Positions 8,459 to 22,646 of a DNA stretch of 30,887 nucleotides are shown in pieces. Position numbers and translations under genes: made by a program. The notes under the pieces are model-generated. The model did not search any database. It had not been told where the DNA came from and saw only the letters and a list, made by a program, of their open reading frames with translations. Source of the DNA: Escherichia coli (GTDB taxonomy: Bacteria; Pseudomonadota; Gammaproteobacteria; Enterobacterales; Enterobacteriaceae); assembly GCF_003334765.1 (NCBI RefSeq), contig NZ_QOWT01000041.1, one strand, 5' to 3'. The number at the start of each line of letters is the position of its first letter. Within the stretch, counting starts at the first letter, position 1.

Positions 8459-9130
8459 TTAGGGCTGATTTGCTGTATAGCGCACGAACGCCGGACGTTC
8501 CGAGGCCACCGCGTCCGCCCAGCGCGTTGGCTCCGGCAGACGATAGCCTTTCATGCAGCGTTGTACCCACGCCAGCGCGCTGTCCACGCTGACCCGATGG
8601 CCGGTAGCGATAAACAACGGGTTACAGCGCGCTTTGCTGCGCCAGACCCAGGCCAGCTGCTCGCCTTTATCCATCAGTGGGGCCAGCGCGCCCGGTTCGC
8701 TGGAGAGCGGTTCGAATTTACCGCAGAGCCGTTTTTTCGCCACGCCAATGGTCGGCACATCCACCAATAAGCCAAAATGGCTGGCGACGCCAAGACGGCG
8801 AGGATGCGAGATCCCATGACCATCGACAAACACTAAATCCGGCTTTTGCGACAGCATCTCCCACGCTGCCAGCAGCGCAGGATATTCGCGGAAGGAAAGA
8901 AAACCTGGAATGTAAGGCATGGTGGTGGCGATGCGGGCAACTTTATACTCGACCAGCTCAAGCGAGGGATATTTCAGCAGCACCATCGCCGCTCGCGTCA
9001 CTTCTCCGCCCTGCTCAAACCCGACATCGGCTCCGGCGATCAGATCCGGTGGATCTTTATCGAGTCGATCCTCGCGGATCACAGAAGAAGCCAGTTCGAT
9101 TTGTTGAGCGCGTAATGACGCGAGATCCAT
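8459..9130 (-). CDS. nfi: Endonuclease V (deoxyinosine 3' endonuclease)
   Basis: 223 aa from the ATG at 9130 ([20 protein letters not shown]), preceded by an AAGGAG Shine-Dalgarno; the six-frame ORF begins 2 codons earlier at a GTG. Confidence 0.93.
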
Positions 9131-9139
9131 AATCACTCC

Positions 9140-10204
9140 TTAGCGGTGATACTGTTCAGACAGTCGATGCACTGCCTCCACGAACACGCCAGCATGTTCT
9201 GGCGGCACATCCTGATGAATGCCGTGACCAAGGTTAAAGACATGACCTTCGCCGTGACCGAAACCTGCAAGTATAGTCGCTACTTCTTCTTCAATGCGGG
9301 CAGGCGGCGCGTACAGCATCGACGGATCCATATTACCCTGCAACGCGACTTTATTGCCCACACGGCGGCGCGCATCGGCGATGTCCGTTGTCCAGTCGAG
9401 GCCCAGCGCATCGCAACCGGTTTCTGCCATGGCTTCCAGCCACTGTCCGCCGCCTTTGGTAAACAGCGTGACCGGTACGCGGCGACCGTCGTTTTCACGC
9501 AGTAAACCATCAACAATTTTATGCATGTAATAGAGCGAGAACTGTTGATAATCGCGCCCGGTAAGCACGCCGCCCCAGGTGTCGAAAATCATCACTGCCT
9601 GAGCACCGGCTTTAATCTGCGCATTCAGATACAAAGTGACGCTTTTCGCCAGTTTATCGAGCAGAGCGTGCAGCGCCTGCGGATCGGCATACATCATTTT
9701 TTTGATCACGGTGAAGGCTTTGCTGCTGCCGCCTTCCACCATGTAGGTCGCCAGCGTCCACGGGCTGCCGGAAAAACCAATCAGCGGCACTTCGCCTTTC
9801 AGTTCGCGACGAATGGTACGCACCGCGTTCATCACGTAACCCAGTTCATCTTCCGGGTCCGGAATTGGCAGTTTATCGACGTCAGCTTTGCAGGTGACTG
9901 GCGAGGTAAAACGCGGACCTTCTCCGGCTTCAAAATAGAGCCCTAACCCCATCGCGTCCGGCACGGTGAGGATATCGGAAAAGAGGATCGCCGCATCCAG
10001 CGGGTAGCGACGCAGCGGTTGCAAAGTCACTTCGCACGCCAGCTCGGCGTTTTTGCACAGCGACATAAAATCGCCTGCCTGGGCGCGCGTGGCTTTATAT
10101 TCCGGTAGATAGCGACCCGCCTGGCGCATCATCCATACTGGAGTGACATCAACGGGCTGGCGCAGCAGCGCCCGCAGATAACGATCGTTTTTAAGTTCGG
10201 TCAT
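9140..10204 (-). CDS. hemE: Uroporphyrinogen decarboxylase
   Basis: 354-aa ORF starting [36 protein letters not shown] (URO-D family signature). Confidence 0.96.
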   Translation of the reverse strand: MTELKNDRYLRALLRQPVDVTPVWMMRQAGRYLPEYKATRAQAGDFMSLCKNAELACEVTLQPLRRYPLDAAILFSDILTVPDAMGLGLYFEAGEGPRFTSPVTCKADVDKLPIPDPEDELGYVMNAVRTIRRELKGEVPLIGFSGSPWTLATYMVEGGSSKAFTVIKKMMYADPQALHALLDKLAKSVTLYLNAQIKAGAQAVMIFDTWGGVLTGRDYQQFSLYYMHKIVDGLLRENDGRRVPVTLFTKGGGQWLEAMAETGCDALGLDWTTDIADARRRVGNKVALQGNMDPSMLYAPPARIEEEVATILAGFGHGEGHVFNLGHGIHQDVPPEHAGVFVEAVHRLSEQYHR

Positions 10205-10243
10205 TTTGGCTGTTCCTTAGTGCGTCAGGCGGTCAGTGTATCA

Positions 10244-11017
10244 TCACTCATACTCTGCCCGACACATCGCCACCGTATCTTCTATCAGACGGCGCGCTAC
10301 GGTGCCGGGCGGCGGGAGTAACGGCAAATCGTCATAGCGATACCAGTTCGCCTCGAGCAATTCTTTCGGGTCGATCACGATGTCGCCGCTGTCATATTCC
10401 GCCATAAACGCGGTCATTAAAGACTGAGGAAACGGCCACGGCTGAGAAGTCACGTAACGCAAGTTTTTAACTTTAATTCCGCTCTCTTCCATCACTTCCC
10501 GCGCGACTGCCTGCTCGAGGGTTTCGCCCACTTCGACGAATCCGGCAAGTACTGTATGGACACCGTTACGATGGCGGGTATGCTGGGCGAGGAGGATCGA
10601 ATCATCGCGACGGATGGCAACAATAATGCAGGGGGCGATTTGCGGGTAGTAACGCTCACGGCAATGGCTGCACAGCATCGCCCATTCGGTTTTGCTCGGA
10701 TACATTTCATGCCCGCAGTAACCACAGTATTTATGCGATCGGTAAAACTCCGCCAGTTGTACGCCTCGTCCGGCCAGTTGAAACAGCCCAACATCGAGAT
10801 CAATGACCTGACGTACCGACCCCATATCGTGACGCCGCTGCTGTTGTACTAACCAAACAGGTTCCCCCTGCCATTCGCCGATTTGTAGTGCGCGCTGACC
10901 CACAAGATCGAAATTTGCCGCTTCGCCATATGGCAATTCTCCCTTCGGCAACCATAATTTTTGTTCATGGCTGACGACCCACCAGCCGTGATCTAATTTT
11001 TCAATTATACGATCCAT
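10244..11017 (-). CDS. nudC: NADH pyrophosphatase (Nudix hydrolase)
   Basis: 257-aa ORF with a zinc-ribbon Cys cluster ([22 protein letters not shown]) and a Nudix box ([23 protein letters not shown]). Confidence 0.95.
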
Positions 11018-11111
11018 AGCTCTTGCACTACCTTTGCATCACTGGCATGTTTAACATGGTTTTTACATTTCTCACTGAGCAGTTTTTGAATACAAACTTG
11101 CGGAGTCAATC

Positions 11112-11588
11112 ATGCTTAACCAGCTCGATAACCTGACGGAGCGCGTCAGAGGAAGTAACAAACTGGTTGATCGCTGGCTACATGTACGTAAGCATCTGCT
11201 CGTGGCTTACTACAATCTGGTTGGCATTAAGCCTGGCAAAGAATCGTACATGAGGCTAAACGAAAAAGCCCTTGATGATTTTTGTCAGAGCCTGGTCGAT
11301 TACTTGTCTGCCGGACATTTCAGTATTTATGAGCGCATTCTTCATAAGCTGGAAGGCAACGGGCAACTCGCGCGCGCCGCGAAGATTTGGCCGCAACTCG
11401 AAGCCAATACTCAACAGATTATGGATTACTACGATTCCAGTCTGGAAACCGCCATCGATCATGATAATTACCTTGAGTTTCAACAGGTTTTATCTGACAT
11501 CGGCGAGGCGCTGGAAGCGCGCTTTGTGCTGGAAGATAAGCTGATTCTGCTGGTGCTTGACGCCGCCCGCGTCAAACATCCTGCTTGA
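11112..11588 (+). CDS. rsd: Regulator of sigma D (anti-sigma70 factor Rsd)
   Basis: 158-aa ORF starting MLNQLDNLTERVRGSNKLVDRWLHVRKHLLVAYYNLVGIKP; divergent from nudC. Confidence 0.94.
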   Translation: MLNQLDNLTERVRGSNKLVDRWLHVRKHLLVAYYNLVGIKPGKESYMRLNEKALDDFCQSLVDYLSAGHFSIYERILHKLEGNGQLARAAKIWPQLEANTQQIMDYYDSSLETAIDHDNYLEFQQVLSDIGEALEARFVLEDKLILLVLDAARVKHPA

Positions 11589-11644
11589 GTTCTGCGCTGT
11601 TAACGCGTAATTTACATTCAATGCCCCATTTGCGGGGCTAATTT

Positions 11645-11740
11645 CTTGTCGGAGTGCCTTAACTGGCTGAGACCGTTTATTCGGGATCCGCGGAACCTGA
11701 TCAGGCTAATACCTGCGAAGGGAACAAGAGTTAATCTGCT
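11645..11740 (+). ncRNA. TPP riboswitch (thi box) aptamer in the thiC leader
   Basis: Contains the conserved thi-box elements CTGAGA and ACCTGATCAGGCTAATACCTGCGAAGGGA; lies 80-175 nt upstream of the thiC ATG. Boundaries are approximate. Confidence 0.85.
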
Positions 11741-11817
11741 ATCGCATCGCCCCTGCGGCGATCGTCTCTTGCTTCATCCGTCGTCTGACAAGCCACGTCC
11801 TTAACTTTTTGGAATGA

Positions 11818-13715
<1,898 letters not shown>

Positions 13716-13716
<1 letters not shown>

Positions 13717-14351
13717 TGTATCAGCCTGATTTTCCTCCTGTACCTTTTCGTTCAGGACTGTACCCGGTGGTGGACAGCGTACAGTGGATCGAACGTCTGT
13801 TGGATGCAGGCGTACGTACTCTCCAGCTACGCATCAAAGATCGGCGCGATGAAGAGGTGGAAGCCGATGTCGTGGCGGCAATTGCGCTGGGCCGCCGCTA
13901 TAACGCGCGATTGTTTATCAACGATTACTGGCGGCTGGCGATCAAGCATCAGGCGTATGGCGTCCATTTGGGGCAGGAAGATTTGCAAGCCACCGATCTC
14001 AATGCCATCCGCGCGGCAGGCCTGCGGCTGGGCGTTTCGACACATGACGATATGGAAATCGACGTCGCGCTGGCAGCACGCCCCTCTTATATCGCGCTGG
14101 GACATGTGTTCCCGACGCAAACCAAACAGATGCCTTCTGCACCGCAGGGGCTGGAACAGCTGGCACGGCATGTTGAGCGACTGGCGGATTATCCCACCGT
14201 GGCGATTGGCGGTATCAGTCTGGCACGCGCGCCTGCGGTGATAGCAACGGGTGTCGGCAGTATCGCCGTCGTCAGCGCCATTACTCAAGCCGCAGACTGG
14301 CGTTTGGCAACGGCACAGTTGCTGGAAATTGCAGGAGTTGGCGATGAATGA
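13716..14351 (+). CDS. thiE: Thiamine-phosphate synthase
   Basis: 211 aa from the ATG at 13716 ([21 protein letters not shown]); the start overlaps the thiC stop (GTGATG). Confidence 0.93.
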
Positions 14352-15099
14352 CCGTGACTTTATGCGTTATAGCCGCCAAATCCTGCTCGACGATATCGCT
14401 CTGGACGGGCAGCAAAAACTGCTCGACAGCCAGGTGCTGATTATCGGTCTGGGCGGGCTGGGTACACCTGCTGCGCTGTACCTGGCGGGCGCTGGCGTCG
14501 GGACGCTGGTACTGGCAGATGACGACGATGTGCATTTAAGCAATCTGCAACGACAAATCCTCTTTACCACTGAAGATATCGATCGCCCGAAATCGCAGGT
14601 CAGCCAACAGCGACTGACACAGTTGAATCCCGACATTCAACTGACAGCATTACAACAACGGTTAACGGGTGAGGCGTTAAAAGATGCGGTTGCACGGGCC
14701 GATGTGGTGCTCGACTGTACCGACAATATGGCGACTCGCCAGGAGATTAATGCCGCCTGCGTGGCACTCAACACGCCGCTTATCACCGCCAGCGCGGTCG
14801 GATTTGGCGGTCAGTTGATGGTACTGACGCCGCCCTGGGAGCAGGGGTGTTACCGCTGCCTGTGGCCAGATAACCAGGAGCCAGAACGCAACTGCCGCAC
14901 GGCGGGCGTGGTTGGCCCGGTGGTCGGGGTTATGGGCACTTTGCAGGCACTGGAAGCCATTAAGTTATTAAGCGGTATAGAGACACCTGCGGGAGAACTC
15001 CGACTGTTCGACGGTAAATCGAGCCAGTGGCGCAGCCTGGCGTTGCGCCGCGCCAGTGGTTGCCCGGTATGCGGAGGAAGCAATGCAGATCCTGTTTAA
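14344..15099 (+). CDS. thiF: ThiS adenylyltransferase (E1-like)
   Basis: 251 aa from the internal ATG ([53 protein letters not shown], a Rossmann/E1 fold); overlaps the thiE stop by 8 nt. Confidence 0.93.
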
Positions 15100-15283
15100 C
15101 GATCAAGCGATGCAGTGCGCCGCCGGGCAAACTGTTCACGAACTACTGGAGCAACTCGACCAACGACAAGCGGGCGCGGCTCTGGCGATTAATCAGCAAA
15201 TCGTCCCGCGTGAGCAGTGGGCGCAACATATCGTGCAGGATGGCGACCAGATCCTGCTTTTTCAGGTTATTGCAGGGGGTTGA
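15083..15283 (+). CDS. thiS: Sulfur-carrier protein ThiS
   Basis: 66 aa, [25 protein letters not shown]... ending in the diglycine VIAGG typical of ThiS/MoaD; overlaps the thiF 3' end by 17 nt. Confidence 0.92.
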
Positions 15284-15284
15284 A

Positions 15285-16055
15285 ATGTTACGTATTGCGG
15301 ACAAAACGTTTGATTCACATCTGTTTACCGGCACAGGGAAATTCGCTTCTTCACAACTGATGGTGGAGGCGATCCGCGCTTCCGGCAGCCAGCTGGTGAC
15401 ACTGGCGATGAAACGTGTCGACTTGCGCCAGCACAACGACGCTATCCTCGAACCGCTTATCGCGGCGGGTGTGACCCTGCTGCCAAATACATCCGGGGCG
15501 AAAACAGCGGAAGAAGCCATTTTCGCCGCCCATCTGGCTCGTGAAGCGTTAGGCACAAACTGGTTAAAATTAGAGATTCACCCTGACGCCCGCTGGCTGT
15601 TGCCCGATCCCATCGAAACCCTGAAAGCCGCCGAAACGCTGGTACAACAGGGATTTGTCGTGCTGCCTTACTGCGGGGCCGATCCGGTATTGTGTAAACG
15701 TCTGGAAGAAGTCGGCTGTGCAGCGGTGATGCCGCTCGGCGCGCCGATTGGCTCGAATCAGGGACTGGAAACCCGCGCCATGCTGGAGATTATTATCCAG
15801 CAGGCCACAGTGCCGGTGGTTGTCGATGCTGGCATCGGCGTTCCCAGCCATGCCGCGCAGGCGCTGGAAATGGGGGCCGACGCGGTGTTAGTGAATACGG
15901 CGATTGCCGTCGCGGACGATCCCGTCAACATGGCGAAGGCATTTCGTCTGGCGGTAGAAGCAGGCCTACTGGCACGTCAGTCCGGACCGGGCAGCCGCAG
16001 TTATTTTGCTCATGCCACCAGCCCGCTGACCGGATTTCTGGAGGCATCGGCATGA
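15285..16055 (+). CDS. thiG: Thiazole synthase
   Basis: 256 aa from the ATG at 15285 ([20 protein letters not shown]); the start follows the thiS stop directly (TGAAATG). Confidence 0.94.
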   Translation: MLRIADKTFDSHLFTGTGKFASSQLMVEAIRASGSQLVTLAMKRVDLRQHNDAILEPLIAAGVTLLPNTSGAKTAEEAIFAAHLAREALGTNWLKLEIHPDARWLLPDPIETLKAAETLVQQGFVVLPYCGADPVLCKRLEEVGCAAVMPLGAPIGSNQGLETRAMLEIIIQQATVPVVVDAGIGVPSHAAQALEMGADAVLVNTAIAVADDPVNMAKAFRLAVEAGLLARQSGPGSRSYFAHATSPLTGFLEASA

Positions 16056-17185
16056 AAACCTTCAGCGATCGCTGGCGACAACTGGACTGGGACGACATCC
16101 GCCTGCGTATCAACGGCAAAACGGCTGCTGACGTAGAGCGGGCGCTAAATGCCTCGCAACTCACCCGCGACGACATGATGGCGCTGTTATCGCCTGCCGC
16201 CAGTGGCTATCTGGAACAACTGGCCCAACGGGCGCAGCGTCTGACCCGTCAGCGATTTGGCAACACAGTTAGTTTCTACGTCCCGCTTTATCTTTCCAAT
16301 CTTTGCGCTAACGACTGCACGTACTGTGGATTTTCCATGAGTAATCGCATCAAGCGCAAAACGCTGGATGAAGCGGATATTGCCAGGGAAAGTGCCGCTA
16401 TACGGGAGATGGGCTTTGAACATCTGCTGTTAGTCACTGGTGAACATCAGGCGAAAGTGGGGATGGATTACTTTCGTCGTCATCTCCCTGCCCTTCGTGA
16501 ACAGTTCTCTTCACTACAGATGGAAGTGCAACCGCTGGCGGAGACGGAATACGCCGAGTTAAAGCAACTTGGTCTGGATGGCGTGATGGTTTATCAGGAG
16601 ACATATCACGAGGCGACTTATGCCCGCCATCATCTGAAAGGCAAAAAACAGGACTTCTTCTGGCGGCTGGAAACGCCGGATCGGCTGGGGCGTGCGGGGA
16701 TTGATAAGATAGGCCTCGGCGCGCTAATTGGCCTTTCCGACAACTGGCGCGTTGACAGCTATATGGTTGCCGAACATTTGCTATGGCTGCAACAGCATTA
16801 CTGGCAAAGCCGTTACTCTGTCTCCTTTCCGCGCCTGCGCCCGTGTACTGGCGGCATTGAGCCTGCGTCGATTATGGATGAACGCCAGTTAGTGCAAACC
16901 ATCTGCGCCTTCCGACTGCTTGCACCGGAGATTGAACTGTCACTCTCCACGCGGGAATCACCGTGGTTTCGCGATCGCGTTATTCCGCTGGCGATCAATA
17001 ACGTCAGCGCCTTCTCGAAAACGCAGCCAGGTGGCTATGCCGATAATCACCCCGAGTTGGAACAGTTCTCACCGCACGACGATCGCAGACCGGAAGCGGT
17101 TGCTGCCGCGTTAACCGCTCAGGGTTTGCAGCCGGTATGGAAAGACTGGGACAGCTATCTGGGACGCGCCTCGCAAAGACTATGA
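16052..17185 (+). CDS. thiH: 2-iminoacetate synthase (tyrosine lyase, radical SAM)
   Basis: 377-aa ORF with a [10 protein letters not shown] radical-SAM cysteine motif; ATGA overlap with thiG. Confidence 0.95.
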   Translation: MKTFSDRWRQLDWDDIRLRINGKTAADVERALNASQLTRDDMMALLSPAASGYLEQLAQRAQRLTRQRFGNTVSFYVPLYLSNLCANDCTYCGFSMSNRIKRKTLDEADIARESAAIREMGFEHLLLVTGEHQAKVGMDYFRRHLPALREQFSSLQMEVQPLAETEYAELKQLGLDGVMVYQETYHEATYARHHLKGKKQDFFWRLETPDRLGRAGIDKIGLGALIGLSDNWRVDSYMVAEHLLWLQQHYWQSRYSVSFPRLRPCTGGIEPASIMDERQLVQTICAFRLLAPEIELSLSTRESPWFRDRVIPLAINNVSAFSKTQPGGYADNHPELEQFSPHDDRRPEAVAAALTAQGLQPVWKDWDSYLGRASQRL

Positions 17186-17429
17186 GACGGAATGTAAGAA
17201 CGTAAATTTATTCCGAGCCGCTACGGAAGATGAAAAACGCAAGGTTGTTGAAAGCGTTGTGTTTTTTTATGGTAGTGCCGTCAGCAGGAATGTTGTCCAG
17301 GGCGAAAAGCTTCTTCCTCGTTTCGCCCTGCCTTTCTTAAAAATTCCGTAATGCAAAGTCTGAAGCCATCGCCTGTTGAGCAATGAAAGAGATCTGATTG
17401 TAAGAGAGTAAATACTCAACTATGATAGA

Positions 17430-17600
17430 GACGAAAATAAGAACACATGTTCTCATCTTCCAGGATGCAGCAGACTGAAGAAATTCAGACATCCCGCAAC
17501 CTGCGATTATCGCAAGGTCAAGGCAAAGTCCGGTAATGGCGTTCTGAATACCAGAGATAATTCTCTGGCGAAACCCACCTTAAGGTGGGTTTTGTTATTT
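17430..17600. ncRNA. Candidate small RNA in the thiH-htrC gap (possibly SroH; strand and ends unresolved)
   Basis: 409-bp gap with no ORF of 60 aa or more; a strong terminator at its right edge and a weak hairpin plus U-tract near 17425..17450 on the opposite strand. SroH in this interval is recalled from K-12 literature, not verified. Confidence 0.3.
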
Positions 17601-17601
17601 T
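17571..17601 (+). terminator. Rho-independent terminator (plus-strand) overlapping the htrC stop codon
   Basis: AAACCCACC-TTAA-GGTGGGTTT followed by TGTTATTTT. Confidence 0.65.
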
Positions 17602-18134
17602 GAGGGCTGAGGAAGCTGCTTATTTCTCAATAAGTTGTAGGCAATGGTGAAAAATTTCACTGATTTACCTTTCTGTTTTTCAGAAATGGGATAAGCGCTA
17701 GTTACATGCAAACGGAGTTTTTTCTTTTCCCTGAAAGCCCTGAACGCAACAAAGTAAAATGCCTTATCTCCTCCGTCTAAGTCCACCTCAATCACGGCAT
17801 AGCTACCATACCCGGCATGAATAACGTTGCTTTCTGGCAGCGCCAAAATAGTTCTTTTTAAGTGTGTGCGCGCTAAGTTATAACGGTGCTGGCAGAAGGG
17901 ACGAGATTCTTTAGGCGCGTGGTACATTAACGATTGTTTTTCTTCGTTCGTCTGATGTTCATAATCTTTTGTGAAGCAGTGAAGAGAGTAGGTAACCCAA
18001 AAGCGATACTCTAAAGGCTCTTTGCCCTCATGATGCTGAACGTAGACAGCCTGATGAGCATCAAGAAATGATAAATCACGAATATCACCATCCGGATGTC
18101 CAAAAGGTCGCCACTTTTCCACTTCCTGTTTCAT
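17595..18134 (-). CDS. htrC: Heat-shock protein HtrC (YjaZ)
   Basis: 179-aa ORF starting MKQEVEKWRPFGHPDGDIRDLSFLDAHQ; located just downstream of rpoC as in E. coli. Confidence 0.88.
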   Translation of the reverse strand: MKQEVEKWRPFGHPDGDIRDLSFLDAHQAVYVQHHEGKEPLEYRFWVTYSLHCFTKDYEHQTNEEKQSLMYHAPKESRPFCQHRYNLARTHLKRTILALPESNVIHAGYGSYAVIEVDLDGGDKAFYFVAFRAFREKKKLRLHVTSAYPISEKQKGKSVKFFTIAYNLLRNKQLPQPSK

Positions 18135-18297
18135 TCTCGTTCCTTAAGAAAGTTACACAGGAATAGTATCGAATCCTTGCCGAGTTTGACTCAATTAGTT
18201 CAGTCAGTTTCAGGATATTAGTCATCTCTACATTGATTATGAGTATTCAGAAATTCCTTAAATATTCTGACAAATGCTCTTTCCCTAAACTCCCCCC

Positions 18298-18325
18298 ATA
18301 AAAAAACCCGCCGAAGCGGGTTTTT
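18298..18325 (-). terminator. rpoC operon terminator (bidirectional hairpin)
   Basis: ACCCGC-CGAA-GCGGGT stem-loop flanked by an A-run on one side and a T-run on the other; about 25 nt after the rpoC stop. Confidence 0.8.
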
Positions 18326-18346
18326 ACGTTATTTGCGGATTAACGA

Positions 18347-21300
18347 TTACTCGTTATCAGAACCGCCCAGACCTGCGTTCAGCAGTTCTGCCAGGCTGGC
18401 AGATGCGTCTTCTGCAGTCACCTGCGGTGCAGCCGGAGCTTCACCCGCAGCACGGCGACGCATACGATCCTGGTGGTACGCGTAACCGGTACCTGCCGGG
18501 ATCAGACGACCCACGATAACGTTCTCTTTCAGGCCGCGCAGTTCGTCGCGTTTGCCCGCAACGGCTGCTTCGGTCAGCACGCGAGTGGTCTCCTGGAACG
18601 ATGCCGCGGAGATGAAGGACTCGGTTGCCAGAGACGCTTTGGTGATACCCAGCAGATCGCGGGAGTAAGTTGCACCCACTTTGCCGTTCGCTTCCAGTTC
18701 GCGGTTTGCGATCTTGACGCGAGAGTATTCAACCTGTTCGCCTTCCAGGAAGTCGGAGCTACCCGCGTTAACGATGGTAGCTTTACGCAGCATCTGACGA
18801 ACGATAACTTCGATGTGTTTATCGTTAATCTTAACGCCCTGCAGACGGTATACGTCCTGTACTTCGTTAACGATGTAACGAGTAACAGCATGAACACCAC
18901 GCAGACGCAGAATGTCGTGCGGCGCTTCCGGACCGTCGGAAATTACGTCACCACGTTCTACACGTTCACCTTCGAACACGTTGAGCTGACGCCATTTCGG
19001 AATCATCTCTTCGTACGGATCGCTACCGTCTACCGGGGTGATAACCAGACGACGTTTACCTTTGGTTTCTTTACCGAAGGAAACGATACCGCTGATTTCA
19101 GCCAGGATTGCCGGCTCTTTCGGACGACGTGCTTCGAACAGGTCCGCAACGCGCGGCAGACCACCGGTGATGTCCTTGGTACCGCCGGATTCCTGCGGAA
19201 TACGCGCCAGGGTGTCACCAGAGCTGATCTGTACGCCATCTTCCAGCTGAACAATCGCTTTACCCGGCAGGAAGTACTGCGCTGGCATATCGGTACCTGG
19301 GATCAGAACGTCGTTACCCTGAGCATCAACGATTTTCAGTGCCGGACGCAGATCTTTACCACCTGCGGTACGTTCTGCGGAATCCAGAACCACCAGCGAA
19401 GACAGACCGGTCAGTTCGTCGGTCTGACGCGTAATGGTCTGGCCGTCGATCATGTCAGTAAAGCGTACAAAACCGCTTACTTCGGTGATAACCGGCATGG
19501 TGTGCGGGTCCCAGTTTGCAACGGTTTCGCCGCCAGCAACCTGTTCGCCATCGCCTTTCGCCAGTACCGCACCGTAAGGTACTTTGTAGCTTTCTTTAGT
19601 ACGACCGAATTCGTCGATCAGTTTCAGTTCAGTATTACGGGAAGTGATAACCAGTTTACCGCTGGAGTTCACAACCGACTTCACGTTGCTGAGCTTGATG
19701 CTACCTTTGTTTTTCACTTGGATGCTGGATTCAGCAGCCGCACGAGATGCCGCACCACCGATGTGGAACGTACGCATGGTCAGCTGTGTACCCGGTTCAC
19801 CGATGGACTGTGCCGCGATAACACCGATTGCTTCACCCTTGTTGATGATGTGGCCACGCGCCAGGTCACGACCGTAGCAGTGCGCACATACACCAAAGTC
19901 GGTGTCACAAGATACAACAGAACGTACTTTAACCGCGTCGACAGAGTTCTCTTCCAGCAGGTCACACCACTGTTCGTGCAGCAGCGTGTTGCGCGGAACG
20001 AGGATATCAGCAGTACCCGGCTTCAGAACGTCTTCAGCAGTTACACGACCCAGTACGCGATCGCGCAGCGGCTCTTTAACGTCACCACCCTCGATAACCG
20101 GAGTCATCATGATACCTTCATGGGTACCACAATCGTCTTCGGTAACCACCAGGTCCTGCGCCACGTCAACCAGACGACGAGTCAGGTAACCGGAGTTCGC
20201 AGTTTTCAGTGCGGTATCCGCCAGACCTTTACGAGCACCGTGGGTGGAGATGAAGTACTGGAGTACGTTCAGACCTTCACGGAAGTTCGCGGTGATTGGC
20301 GTTTCGATGATGGAGCCATCCGGCTTCGCCATCAGACCACGCATACCAGCAAGCTGACGAATCTGTGCCGCAGAACCACGCGCACCGGAGTCGGCCATCA
20401 TGTAGATGCTGTTGAAGGAAACCTGCTTCTCTTCCTGACCGTCACGGTTAATCACGGTTTCAGTTTGCAGGTTATCCATCATCGCTTTGGATACACGATC
20501 GTTCGCCGCAGCCCAGATATCGATAACTTTGTTGTAGCGTTCGCCCGCAGTTACCAGACCAGACTGGAACTGCTCCTGAATTTCAGCAACTTCTGCTTCT
20601 GCCTCGGAGATGATTTCGTGTTTCTTCTCCGGGATGACCATGTCATCGATACCAACAGATGCACCAGAACGCGCTGCATAGGCGAAGCCGGTGTACATGA
20701 TCTGGTCCGCAAAAATAACGGTCGGTTTCAGACCGAGAATGCGGTAGCAGGTGTTCAGCATTTTGGAGATTGCTTTTTTACCCAGCGCCTGGTTGACGAT
20801 GGAGTAAGGCAGACCTTTCGGTACAATCATCCACAGAATGGCACGGCCAACAGTCGTGTCTTTCAGGCTGGTTTTCGCTACTAATTCACCGTTAGCATCT
20901 TTTTCATACTCGGTGATACGCACTTTAACGCGCGCATGCAGAGAAGCCAGACCAGAGCGATACAGACGTTCTGCTTCTTTCGGGCCAGTCAGCACCATGC
21001 CTTCGCCTTTGGCGTTAACACAGTCACGGGTCATGTAGTACAGACCCAGTACAACGTCCTGAGACGGAACGATGATTGGTTCGCCGTTCGCCGGGGACAG
21101 GATGTTGTTGGTAGACATCATCAGCGCACGCGCTTCCAGCTGGGCTTCCAGCGTCAGCGGTACGTGAACAGCCATCTGGTCACCATCGAAGTCGGCGTTA
21201 TATGCCGCACAAACCAGCGGGTGCAGCTGGATAGCTTTACCTTCGATCAGTACCGGTTCAAATGCCTGGATACCCAGACGGTGCAGAGTCGGTGCACGGT

Positions 21301-22570
21301 TCAGCAGTACCGGGTGTTCGCGGATAACTTCGTCCAGGATATCCCAAACGACAGCTTCTTCGCGCTCAACCATTTTCTTCGCAGCTTTAATGGTGGTAGC
21401 AAGACCACGCAGTTCCAGCTTGCCGTAGATGAACGGTTTGAACAGCTCCAGTGCCATTTTCTTCGGCAGACCGCACTGATGCAGACGCAGGTATGGACCT
21501 ACGGTGATTACAGAACGACCGGAGTAGTCAACACGCTTACCGAGCAGGTTCTGACGGAAACGACCCTGTTTACCTTTGATCATGTCGGCCAAAGATTTCA
21601 GAGGACGCTTGTTAGAACCGGTGATCGCACGACCGCGACGACCGTTATCCAGCAGGGCGTCTACCGCTTCCTGCAGCATACGTTTTTCGTTACGTACGAT
21701 GATGTCCGGCGCAGCCAGATCCAGCAGACGTTTCAGACGGTTGTTACGGTTAATGACGCGACGATACAGATCGTTCAGGTCAGAAGTCGCGAAACGACCA
21801 CCATCCAGCGGAACCAGCGGACGCAGATCTGGCGGCAGTACCGGCAGAACGGTCAGGATCATCCACTCTGGTTTGTTACCAGACTGAACGAACGCTTCCA
21901 GCAGTTTGATACGCTTGGTCAGCTTTTTACGCTTGGTTTCGGAGTTGGTTTCGTTCAGCTCTTCACGCAGCTGTTCGCACTCTTGCTCCAGATCCATGCT
22001 CTTCAGCAGAGCCTGGATTGCTTCCGCCCCCATCTTCGCGTCGAATTCGTCACCGAACTCTTCCAGCGCGTCCAGATACTGCTCTTCAGTCAGGATCTGC
22101 TGACGTTCCAGGTTGGTCATACCGCCTTCGATAACCACATAGGATTCAAAGTACAGTACGCGTTCGATATCGCGCAGCGGCATATCGAGCAGCAGACCGA
22201 TACGGGACGGCAGCGATTTCAGGAACCAGATGTGCGCAGTCGGGGAAGCCAGTTCGATGTGGCCCATACGCTCACGGCGTACTTTAGTCTGGGTCACTTC
22301 AACGCCGCACTTCTCACAGATGACGCCACGGTGTTTCAGGCGCTTGTACTTACCGCACAGGCACTCGTAATCTTTTACCGGCCCAAAGATACGGGCGCAG
22401 AAAAGGCCGTCACGTTCTGGTTTGAACGTACGGTAGTTGATGGTTTCCGGCTTTTTAACTTCACCGAAAGACCATGAACGGATCATGTCTGGCGAAGCCA
22501 GAGCAATTTTGATCGCATCAAACTCTTCGGTTTTAGTCTGCGCTTTCAGAAACTTTAATAAATCTTTCAC
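18347..22570 (-). CDS. rpoC: DNA-directed RNA polymerase subunit beta'
   Basis: 1407-aa ORF starting [48 protein letters not shown], with the NADFDGD catalytic motif. Confidence 0.98.
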
Positions 22571-22646
22571 GGATTTGCTCCCGTCGGAGTTAGCACAATC
22601 CGCTGCCGGGTTTTAACCCGACAGCAGTGACCTGTTTGAGCGAGAA

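Noticed and set aside
14251-15284. Upstream-extended six-frame ORFs for thiF (from 14251) and thiG (from 15027)
   Set aside because: The extensions lie inside the preceding thiE and thiF/thiS coding regions; the recognised protein N-termini begin at the internal ATGs at 14344 and 15285.
18292-18300. CCCCCCATA resembling a sigma32 -10 element near heat-shock gene htrC
   Set aside because: It is on the plus strand while htrC is on the minus strand, and it is part of the flank of the rpoC terminator; most likely coincidental.
18473-22477. 803-aa and 513-aa antisense ORFs opposite rpoC
   Set aside because: Same codon-bias artefact as for purH, here opposite a highly expressed gene. The translations are low-complexity and rich in Val, Thr, Phe and Arg, with no start-site context.
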